From positions 1,888,943 through 1,952,942 of the forward strand of contig MU053216.1 in the NCBI GenBank assembly GCA_013239625.1: a stretch of DNA of 64,000 bases. The letters run 5' to 3'. The notes under the pieces are model-generated. The model did not search any database, was not told where the DNA came from, and worked only from the letters and a program-made list of their open reading frames with translations. This DNA comes from Lama guanicoe (lineage: Eukaryota). Position 1 is the stretch's first letter; each line of letters opens with the position of its first letter. Of this stretch, positions 40,906 to 51,088 are shown piece by piece. Made by a program: the position numbers and the translations under genes.

Positions 40906-41225
40906 AATGGAGGGAAATGTTGGTAACCCTTTGTCAGGATTTAGGGCTGAACAACTCAGGCGGTGAGGCCTTGCGGCCCACGGCTGTTTGGAAACAAGGT
41001 AAGTTGCGAAGCCGTCTTTGGGTTGGAGCCACAGGAGCTAATCGTTTTCCCTGCTCAGCTACAGCCTTGTCTCCCGTGCCCTCTGAAGCTGACCTCTTCC
41101 CCATCAGAGAACCCCACTGTGGGGGGGGTCCCCTCACCCAGGGGCAGGACCACACGGAAGTCCTACCTCCTGTCCTCGAATGCAGCTCACTCACTCCTAC
41201 AGTTCATCTGCCCGTTGTTTCCTAG

Positions 41226-41506
41226 GCCTTCTCCATCCATCCTCCCCCTTACAGGGTTCGGGTACCCTCCCTGGCCCTCCACATTCCACCTGCAGGGAGA
41301 GGGCAGATGCCGCGGAGGACGGGGTGAGCCACCGTGCGGTCCCTGGGGCCACACTGCTGTGCGCAGTGATGCCTGCAGGTGCCTCTGGAGAGCCTGAGGT
41401 GTCACAAGAGAAGCCACATGAGTGAGAAGAGAAGGGGAGACTGGGCAGATAGGAGAGATGGAGGCGGAGGGGAGTGGAGAAGATAAAGGAAACGATGCAG
41501 GAGGTC
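41226..41506 (+). repeat. Direct duplication, copy 2 (partner at 39545-39835)
   Basis: First 86 bp are identical to copy 1; the remainder differs by substitutions and small indels. Confidence 0.97.
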
Positions 41507-42589
41507 AGAGAGTCCCCAGAGAAGCCGGCTGGGGCCCAACGCACGGCGGCCTGCGCTTCGCCTGGTGGACGGGAAGGCAGGAATGCAGCGGGAGGTGGGT
41601 GTTAAGCACCAGACGGTTAAGAAGGAGCCGGCTGCTGGAAGAGGTGATGCGGTGTTTATCACTGCTCTGGAGTGTGGGTGGTATTCTTGGGTTAGAGATT
41701 AATGTCTTTAACGTGAAGAATAGCGTAAATGCCCAATTTCTATGCAGCCATTCTGCAAATGGATGTTGAGCCCTCAAAGATTTGTATGATCTACTTTCCA
41801 AGCTGTGGAAGAATAAGTCAGAGCAAAGCCATCCTTCACTTATCCTGGAGAACAGAGAGACCTATTTTGCCTCGCAGGTTCAGAGGGCAAAGTCCTTCAA
41901 AAGAGCGTTAAGGAGTGCCACACAGGAGTCATGTTTTCAGTTTTGTCACCCATTACTTGACTTTGTATGACAGAGGACATGGTGTGCAGACAGGGTCTCC
42001 CAGACCCTGGGGCCCTGGGGCCCTGACAGCACAGACTTTCTGTGAGATCGGTGGGCAATTTCCGTGCCCCACTGGGTAGACGCAGGCACTGGAGTGAGCG
42101 GGACCCTGAGTATTCTCAGCAAACAGGCATGTAACTGCTTCTAGGCAGGCAGACAGACTATTGCGTAGGAACTGATGCTGGCCCGGGAGCGGGGAGGGGG
42201 CCTGCCCTAGTGTCCCGAGGGCCACACTGCACCCCACAGCCTCCTTCGGTGGCCCTCTGGTTGCAGCTGGTTTTACCACTTAAGGTTTACAAGCTCCAGA
42301 GGCTGCAACCAAGCTCCTGGATCTTCTTCAGCTGCAAATTTATAGAACAGGGCGCATTCCAGCTCCTGCAAGGTCTTCCTCCAATTAAAACAGAAAGAAA
42401 GAATTTGCATATTCTTGGGCCAATCTAAGAAAGTGCTCCCTGCAGTTTCAGAGTAAGCGAGGTCCTTTAAGACCTCCTGTAAAGCGGTACTGGTCCGAGC
42501 AGAGGGAAAAGGCCATTCTAAAGTCCTCTACGGTTTACTGAAGGCTGCCAGATCGGTTCTTCTGCTTTAAGGACACCGTCACCTCGTAC

Positions 42590-42780
42590 GAGCCACGTGA
42601 CTTGGGGAGGTCAGTCTCTGGGTGTCAGCGCCCTTATCGGCACATTGAAACAAACACGCCCACTGCAAGGGGACTAATCAGTGTTAAATGAGATACACGC
42701 AGCAACACAGGTGAAGCACTTCACAATGGTCTGACTCAGTAAAAACTCAATAAATGGCAGCTTTATTACCATTTATTATC
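42590..42780 (+). mobile_element. MIR relic; further MIR-like relics near 1370-1470, 1800-1930, 10570-10700, 19340-19500, 26920-27090 and 48520-48770
   Basis: gtgacttgggga...tctctgggtgtcag...ttaaatgagata...aaagcactt...ctcaataaatggcagc core. Confidence 0.6.
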
Positions 42781-43258
42781 CGAACTCTGTAGTCAAGGAA
42801 ATATGGAAGTGTTTTCTGTTGACCTTGAGTCTTCCCTAAACCCTCACCTACTGAGGTAACTCCACGCCTGGGGGGTAGGTTACCTGCTGGCTTCTTTTTT
42901 CTCCCCCACATCTTTCTCGTTCCTGATCCCTACTCACCCCAAACTGATTTAGGTGCCTGGGTTAATTCTGCTGGGACTAACGAATTATTTGACTAAAACA
43001 AATGGTTGTTTAAAAACCTAGCTGGCAAACTTTTATTCGTCAGTGAACTCCGCACCCCCAAGGGACCACGGGAAGGGATGGAGGAATGGCGTGGTCTGGA
43101 AAGACCAGGTTCTACGACGGCAGAGTCCAGGTCTTTCACTCTCTCCCTCTGGGAAAAAGGAGGCCTTGGCCTAGCCTCACTTCCCAGGGCGGCCCTGAGG
43201 GAGCAGACAGGAAAGGCACTGAGGCACCCCGTCCTATAGCAGGAAGAGTGAGCACCCA

Positions 43259-43364
43259 CAGTCAATAACCTATAATGAGAAAGAATGTAAAAAGGAAAAA
43301 CAAATGTGTGTGCGGCCGAATCACGATGCTGCACACCGAAAACTAACACAACAGTCAATTAGAA
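43259..43364 (+). mobile_element. Very short L1 3' end insertion with a perfect 15 bp TSD
   Basis: aagagtgagcaccca at 43244-43258 and 43365-43379; the interior matches the L1 3' UTR. Confidence 0.85.
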
Positions 43365-44115
43365 AAGAGTGAGCACCCAGAAGGGCAACCTCCCCTCTCT
43401 GACCCTGAGCAGAACGAGGAACATGCCCACTTCCCTCCTCCCCTCCTGGTCGTTTCAGACGCCTGACAGTGGCCCAGCCCTTTAACCTGGGCTTCTTGGG
43501 TGTGGCCGGCTACCCCCGAGGGCCCCAGAGTCCACCGGATAGCAAAGACATGACTAGGAGCAGGAAGCATACCGGGTGTGTGAAGCAGCAGGCCTCCTGC
43601 GAAGCTGTGATCATCGCTCTGACCCAACATCCTGGCGCCCCGGGGCGGGGGGGGGGCTCTGTTTGCATGGAAACTGCCAGCATCTGGCTGCCATGACCCA
43701 AGCTTGGGGAAGTGAGCGTCTAGACTGAGTCTGCCATTTGCAGATGCACACACACTGAATAAAGCAAACGTCACACTCCATCAAGGAACACAGGAGGGGG
43801 GCAAGCCAGGGGCCCGTCTTCAGCCGCCCACCCAAGAGCAAGCCAGAGCACAGACAGGTACTGGGGGAGAAGAGCCGATCCACCCAGAGGACAGTGACCA
43901 AGAAGGCTTTAGAAGGCGGAAAAAGGGATTCCTTACTCAATCACAGACAAGAGGGCAGCAACACCCACACCCCTACGAGCGGGGAAGGAGAGACTGCGAC
44001 TCGTTCTCAACACGTCAGCCAGACCTGGCTTCTGCTTCAGGTCTGCCTGGAAGGCATCACAGCAGATGTGTGACGCCCGAACAGCCCTGAGCCACACAGC
44101 CCAACGCACAGAGCC

Positions 44116-44320
44116 CGGGGGCGGGGAGCGGCCCAGCGACAGAGCGCTGCGCTCAGCACGCCCAAGGTCCTGGGTTCAGCCCCCAGTCCCTCCACCACCA
44201 TAAATAAATAAATAAATAAAAACAAAGAAACCTAACTGCCTCCCTCCCAATAATTGTACCCAAAATAAATGTTTTTTTTAAATAAATAAATAAATACATA
44301 CATACGTACATACATACATA
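44116..44320 (+). mobile_element. GC-shifted tRNA-Ala-derived SINE with a (TAAA)n/(TACA)n tail
   Basis: Recognisable body (ggtcctgggttcagcccccag) and cctaactgcctccc motif. Confidence 0.85.
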
Positions 44321-44602
44321 ACAGATACAGAAAACAAACTTACGGTTACCAGGGGGGAAAGGGGCTGGGAAGGGGTAAACCGGGAGCTCGAGATTTGCGG
44401 ATACTAACGACTATGTACAAAACAGATAAACAAGCTCATACTGCAGAGCACAGGGAACCAATGTTCAGTATCTTGTAGTGACTTATGGTGAAAAAGAACA
44501 TGAAAATGAACATAAGTACGTTCATGTATGACTGAAGCACTGTGCTGTACACCAGAAACGGACACAGCACTGTACACTGACTATACTTCAATTAAAAAAA
44601 AT
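44321..44602 (+). mobile_element. L1 3' UTR fragment directly after the SINE tail
   Basis: Matches the 7343 and 48170 copies; ends in poly(A). Confidence 0.88.
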
Positions 44603-47489
44603 TAGGAGAAAGGAGGAAAAGACATAAAACCTCTGCTCAAAAAGCTTCCGTAGCAGAGCTGAGAAAAGCGCGCGGTCCTCCCACCTCCAGCCCCCTCACT
44701 TGGGAGAAAACTGGCTTCAGTACAACTGAATTCCTTTGGCACCAGCTCCCCGAGCCTCTGAGCCCCGTTTTCCACAGAAATGCTGGTTATGTGCTTCAGT
44801 CAGGATTAATTTAGAGATGTTCCCCCTTCCTCCTGCGTGTGTCAGAATCCTGCATCGCGGGGAAGCTCTCCCACGTCCATTCCCAGAATCCTCTTAAGAC
44901 ACCTGGTCTCATCAGGAGGTCAGATGGCCCCTCCAGGTTCATCAGCCCCTGAACAAAGCGGGGACAATGTTCTCACTGCGCTCGAGTCTGCGAGATCCTC
45001 AGCACCCGGACGAGAGAGAAACAGTGGAAAGGCAGGGTGCTCTCTGCGGCCTGGGACTCGCTCTCATTTCCCCAGACACAAGGGAGAGTCCAGAGTGCAG
45101 AGGCCGCCGCGGGCCAGGCTGGGCTTAAAGATTTGAAGGCAGAGCGGATGTCCGACCCACCTCAGAAAACACGGTCAGGTCTGGAAAATGAGTGGCCCAT
45201 CTGTTGCCCCGTTACAATCGTAAATTCTGCCTATTTTCACAAACGTATATAAAAAAGTAACCCATGCTGACATGCCCGGGACCCAGGACCCAGGACCCAG
45301 GACGGAACTTTGTTCAGTGCTTTTAACTGCTCAGCAGAACCCGCGTGGAGACCGACCCAGATCCTCCCCGAGAGGACTGTGCCCAGAGGGAGCGGCACCG
45401 GAGAGCTCTGGACCCTCTCCAGGCTCCGAAGTGCTGGCAGGGAGCGGCTGGGCCCTTGGCGACGCCCCAGGGGCCTGCGAGAATTACTGTAGCTTCCTCA
45501 AGTGACTCCCTCACTCCCGGGGGCTGGTCTGGGCTCGGAGAAAATCTGCCTCCCTGACGACTTGTGATCTAGTAACGGGGCAATGATGGACTCCTGCTAA
45601 CTGGAAGGTGTGCTTCCCCTCTCTGGCAGAGACCTGTGTCTTTGGGGGCAAAGGTTACTCGGTGTATTTGTGTGTGTGCCTTGGTGGGTGGGGGGGGGTA
45701 CCGCTGCTTTGAACCTGAATCAACCCATCCCCTCTGCCACTCAGTGGCTGTAAAATCTCCCACGAGCCTCAGGCCCCGTCTCAGTTTCCGGTCTCTTCTA
45801 GATCTGAAAAATCTGTGGTTTCTAGGCAAGGATTATCATTTGATGCAAACGTGCTGTTTGGAAAGCTACCAGCTTCACAGGATTAATTTCATCTTCCCCA
45901 GGTCACTATTTTGGATGGAGGTCAGAGTGGTCCCTTAAGGCACACAGGAGAACAAAACCACTGGCTTATACCCGTCCCCTCTCCTTTTCCCCGGTCATCG
46001 CCCAGTCTGAAACAGCACGGTTTCTAGGAGTATATTTGCTGTTGTTTTTATTTTTTTATTTTTTGCTGTTTATGTGCTGTTTTTCAAGATGTGAATCTGG
46101 GGGCAGTAATTTCCTCCTGCCCATTCCAGTATTTGAGTGGGAAGCAAACTCTTTTTTGCACCTTGTAAATATGTAGAAAAACAAAACAACCCACCAAATT
46201 TCCTCTGGCCCTTCTGAGCCCTTAAATAGTAAACATGTGAAATCTGTGTTCCTTCTTTTATCCGCGGGGAGAGTGTAGCTTGTCCTGGGAGAGGGAGCGA
46301 GGGGTCACTTGCAAAACTGCCTTATCCTGTTACCCTCCGGGAGCAGATACGGGACTTTTCATCTTGGGGTTGAAGAGGTGCAGGCAACCTGCCCTCCAAG
46401 TCTCTCTCTTCGTGGCTCATTGGTGGTGACGTTAACAAGACAAAGACACACGTTTAAAAGGGCACATTCGTCTCCACAAATGATATTTTAAAACCACAAC
46501 TTTTTCAAGAAGAGGGTGCGAGGCCTGGGCTACAGGCTTTGGGGGTGACTCGGAGGCCAGGCCAGGAGGGAGAGGCCTTTGCCAGATGTTCCCAGCGGCG
46601 GCAGGTAGACAGCGCCCAGTGGACGGCCCGCAAAACCCTCCCCAGAGCAATGAGTCTTGGACTGCTGGTCACAGACCTCATTAGTGGGTCGTGAAATCAA
46701 TTTAGTGGGTCATGACTGGAAATTTTTTAAAAACTTGAAATAAATTAAACTAAAGCAGAATAGAATAGGAACTATCGGAGTGCACGGCGTGAACAAGGTC
46801 AGGTACCGTCTGGCGGAGCTGTGGTTCAGGGGGTGTGTGTGCGTGCGTGTGTGTGGTGTTCGGGTAGAATTTATTTCTTACTGCAGGTCTTGGTGGAAAA
46901 GTTTGAAAGCCTGTGCCCTGGAGAAACACACGCCAACACACAAGTCTCGGTGCTGCCTTCGAATGCCTTGGCCTGGTTTTCGCAGGGTAAACTTATCAAC
47001 AAAGGAAAAGGAATTCTTCCAAAGCAAATGGTCACCTCACAACTCTACATTTAAACGGTCCCTAGGTTATTCTGAATTCCACTTTTCCTTCTCTGAAAAA
47101 TACTTACACGGAATCACTCTCTCCGCCGAAGCCCAAACTGTGAAGTGGTCCAGTCTGTCCTTCTTTCCCCTGGGGCACCTCCCGCCCCTCATCGGGGCCC
47201 CCAGGGTATCCTCGTTCCTTCTCCAAAGCAGATGCTCATGCAAGACCGACAAATGCATTAACCAACCGCATAAACGCTGACGATGCGCTGATAGGTCCCG
47301 TTCCCAAAGGCAGTTATATTTTAGCCAAATATGAAATCACATGCCCTATAAAAGAATCTCATACAATTTAACTACAGGGAAAGGAAAAGAGACACTTGGA
47401 GAGAATGCTTTCCTAGCACCCTCAGAGTCTTACCTGTGGCTCTGTACTGATTTCATAACCTTTTCTGTTTTTACATTTCCTATGCATTT

Positions 47490-47622
47490 GTCTTTTTTTG
47501 GAGGGAGAGGGTTGTGATTAGATTTATCTTTTCTTTTTTTTTTTTAATGGAGGTACTGGGGATTGAACCCAAGACCCTGTGAATGCTAAGCCCTGCTCTA
47601 TGCCTGAGCTACACCCTCCCCC
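47490..47622 (-). mobile_element. tRNA-Ala-derived SINE (Vic-1-like)
   Basis: Reverse-complement body tggaggtactggggattgaaccc...tgagctacaccctcccc. Confidence 0.88.
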
Positions 47623-47872
47623 ACCCCGTCATTTGTGGAACAACTTCAGCGGTCTTTTTTTTTTTCCAATAGACATTAATGACGTTGTTTTATCATAAAA
47701 TCTCTGAGAGAACATATTTTGCCTTACTCAACTTTGTATCTATCTTACAGCCAACTGACTGCCTGGCAAATTTTAAGTCCTCAACTGGCAGCAGTTAACG
47801 ACTATTAGACAATTTTACTACTCTGTATAACACACATGGTGAGGTTGTAACACATGGCGAACTATTAAGAGG

Positions 47873-48436
47873 TGCCAGCCCCAGTGTTCACAGCAGCACT
47901 ATTTATAACAGCCAAGACATGGAAACAGCCTAAGCGTCCACTGACAGACGACTGGATAGAGAGGTCATGGTGTATTTATACAATGGAATACTACTCAGCT
48001 ATAAAAAATGATAAAATAATGCCATTTGCAGCAACACAGATGGCTCTGGAGAATGTCATTCCAAGTGAAGTAAGCCAGAAGGAGAAAGAAAAACACCATA
48101 TGATATCACTCATATGTGGAATCTAAAAACAAAAGACAAATGAACTTATATGTAAAACAGAAACAGACTCACAGACATAGAATACAGACTTGTGGCTGCC
48201 GGAGGGATGGAAGGTCTAAACTAGGAGTTCAAGATTTGCAGATACTGACTGGTATACATAGAATAGAAAAACAAGTTTATACTGTAGAGCACAGGGAACT
48301 ATATTTAATATCTTGTAATAGCTCAGAGTGAAAAAGAATTTGAAAACGAATATATCTATATTCATGTATGACTGAAGAATTGTGCTGCACACCAGAAATT
48401 GACACAACTGACTATACCTCAATTAAAAAAAAAAAG
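47873..48436 (+). mobile_element. 5'-truncated L1 (ORF2 end and 3' UTR)
   Basis: ORF 47872-48126 reads [24 protein letters not shown]...TMEYYSAIK. Confidence 0.93.
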
Positions 48437-50123
48437 AGTACAGGTGCCTGTTTTTTTCCTGAATGTAAGAGTATTGCAGAAAGCTTCCACACACTTATCC
48501 TGAAACATTAACAACAATGTTAAAATAGCACTGACCTGCCCAGCATATTACACATGCCAGGCTCCCGGATGAGATGCTTTGCCCCCATAGTTTCCTTTAT
48601 TCCTCAAAAAATGTCCTCAATAGAAGTATTTATCCCCCATATGCCCCCAGCTCCCCACAAACACCCCACGAAGCTGAGAAAACTGAGGCTCAGAGACTGC
48701 CCGCCTGCGCAGTTATTAAACAGCAAAGATCGGATCCGAATCAGCCCCTCTGACTCTGAGGTCGTGCTTTCCCACCCTTGGGTCCCCTGTCGGTTGGGTC
48801 TAAAATGATCACCTTCATCTTCAAATCCCGCACCTGTTCTCTCCAGGACAAAGCTGTGAGCCTAACAGCAGCAGCACAGCTTTGTCGGCTTTGTTTTCAG
48901 TGACCGGCGCCCGACTGTCCCGGAGGCCGCCCACACTCAGGCCTGGCCTGACGGCTAAGGCAGTAGACTCTGCTGGCCTCCCATCATCTCCACGGTGGGC
49001 CGTCCTTCCACGCAGGACAAAGGCCCAGAGAGCAGGGCTGCACCGCCTGCAGGCCTCACAGCGGGCTGGTGGGGGCCTAGTGACTGATCAGGATCCATTC
49101 AGGTAACTTCTGCTTCCGTGACAAATCACGGTGCAGAGTGAAGTCGGCCATGGAAAGCACTGGTTCCATTTGCACCTGGCTTCCAGTCCCCAGCCAGTCC
49201 ACACACACTGCTTTAAACAGAGACCTTTACATCAGAAGTCTGCTGTGCACTGTCCTCTGGGGTTCTTACATCTCCCCCAACAGTAAAAGGAAGAAGCTGA
49301 TTTGGGAACAGGTAAGACTTCGACATCAAATCCAGGATTCATTTTTGTTTTTTAAAATCGAGAACGAAACCACTGACCACCGAGTGCGGCCTGCTGGTGA
49401 TTCTCAGATCCCGAACTTCTCTATAACTTCCCCATATTAATTCAGTCTTAAGTTTCAGGAAATAAAATAATTACGGAGTTAAACACAGATCTTGTACAAA
49501 CAAGTACTGTGTTTACAATGTACCAATCCATTAAAATCAGCGACAGGCATAGATTATGAGCACTAAAACGCAGCCAGGCAGACCAGCTCTCACCGGCGGC
49601 CCCCCACCCCATCCGATGACGGTAAACATCCTATTGGAATCTGCTCCCAAAACAAAGGCTTTCCAGAACTAACTAACTAACGTCAAGATAAACAGGTAGT
49701 AAATACCGACTGCATGCTACTAACCACTGGTATCATTTGCATTCTTTAGCGTCTAAACACAAGGAAAGGTTGGCATTCTTTTCTCCTAAACTGGCACCAC
49801 TCTAATCTAGCTCTTAATTTGGTATTTTTTTAAAGTTTACTAGGTGCTGTTTCACTCTGGCTTAAATTTTTTCGATAAGCCACCAAGGTGAGGGGAGTCA
49901 GTAAAGACATTCGGCTATTCAGAAAAAAACAGCCTACTCAGTTTCCTCCATTTTACACTTAACGCCACACCCCCACATGGAGAACTCTGTAGATAAAAGC
50001 CCCAGAAAGTGAGGCTGCCGCGGTCCTGAGGTCAAGGGCGCAAGACATCACACGAAGGAAAGGAAGGAAAGTGGGTTTTCAGGTCCACGGCCGAACCCCG
50101 CGGCGCAGGCGCGGCGCCCTCCA

Positions 50124-50770
50124 CTTGAGCTCCCGGAAGAAGACGCTGCTGCGGGCCCACTCCACGATGGTGAAGAGCGTCTGGTCGGCCATCTTGCACA
50201 TGAGCCCGAACGTGCTGAGCCGCTCGTGCCTGCCGCGGCCCGCCTGCTCCTGCTGCAGGTAGGCTGCGATCTTGGCCTGGACCTGGGGCTCCTCGGGCTC
50301 GCACTTGAGCAGCTCCAGGATGAGGTGCGGGACGCTGGCCGGGGAGCTGGTCTGGTAGCCGTCCACGTAGGAGTAGCCCAGCACGGACTCGGGCGAGCTG
50401 CCGTAGGGGTCGGGGTACTCGGACTTGATGGCCCGGCTGGGGAAGTGGCCGTACGGCGGGTAGCCCTGCAGGCTGCCGTGCGGCGGCATGGTCATGCTGA
50501 TGGGCGACGTGACGAAGGGGCTTCTGTCGAAGTCTGTGGGAGGCAAGGCAGCGTGGCTCAGAGGCAGGCCTTTGGAGGCCGAGTGGATGTTCTGGATCGC
50601 AGACGAGATGCCCAGCTCCGAGGGCATAGCTTGGATCACCTGGGACATGGCTTCCAGCTTGAGTCCGTTGGCTCGGATGAGGGCCTTTTTCTGCTGCTTC
50701 AGGGCTCTGTCCCTCTTGTACATGGGCCCAAACTTATTCCTGCCGCCGCGCATTCGGTCGGCCCTGACCG
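50124..50770 (-). CDS. NR5A2: NR5A2 exon (exon 5 equivalent): T/A box, Ftz-F1 box, hinge (IKSE SUMO motif, SP sites) and LBD start to ...[12 protein letters not shown]
   Basis: ORF 50079-50825; acceptor ccgacag| at 50771-50772; 647 nt keeps the frame to the next exon; the 3' boundary is set by protein similarity because the donor is non-canonical in this sequence. Confidence 0.95.
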
Positions 50771-50844
50771 CTGTCGGGGCAGAAACAGGAATTGAGGGGG
50801 TAAGTAAGAGGTTGATCATTAGCATTCTCCAGATCTTTATTCTG

Positions 50845-51088
50845 TTTAATTTTTTTAAACTTCTTTTATTTGGGTGGAAGTTTGCTTTTTTTTGTTTTAG
50901 GGGAAGGTAATTAGGTTCATTTATTATTAATTAGGTAATTAGTTGTATTTATTTATTTTAAATTTTATTTATTTATTTGAGGGGAGGTCATTAGGTCTGT
51001 TTATTTTTAAATGGAGATACGGGGACTGAACCCAGGACCTCGTGCATGCGAAGCACACCCTCTACCACTGAGCTATACACCCTCCCCA
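50845..51088 (-). mobile_element. tRNA-Ala-derived SINE with a reiterated 3' motif, just upstream of the exon 5 acceptor
   Basis: Body at 51012-51087; ggtaattagg-like motif repeated at ~50907, ~50934 and ~50986. Confidence 0.85.

Noticed and set aside
12182..48126. Short ORFs with the motif AKTWKQPKC...TMEYY (12182, 31782, 47872)
   Set aside because: Remnants of the L1 ORF2 C-terminus in truncated elements, not host genes.
50226..50910. Plus-strand ORFs of 189 and 140 aa opposite exon 5
   Set aside because: Shadow ORFs expected from the extreme GC3 of the real exon.
3572..51088. About ten tRNA-Ala-like sequences as tRNA genes
   Set aside because: They have an altered 5' head, A-rich tails, a shared 3' motif, TSDs and scattered stem-breaking mutations, so they are SINEs.
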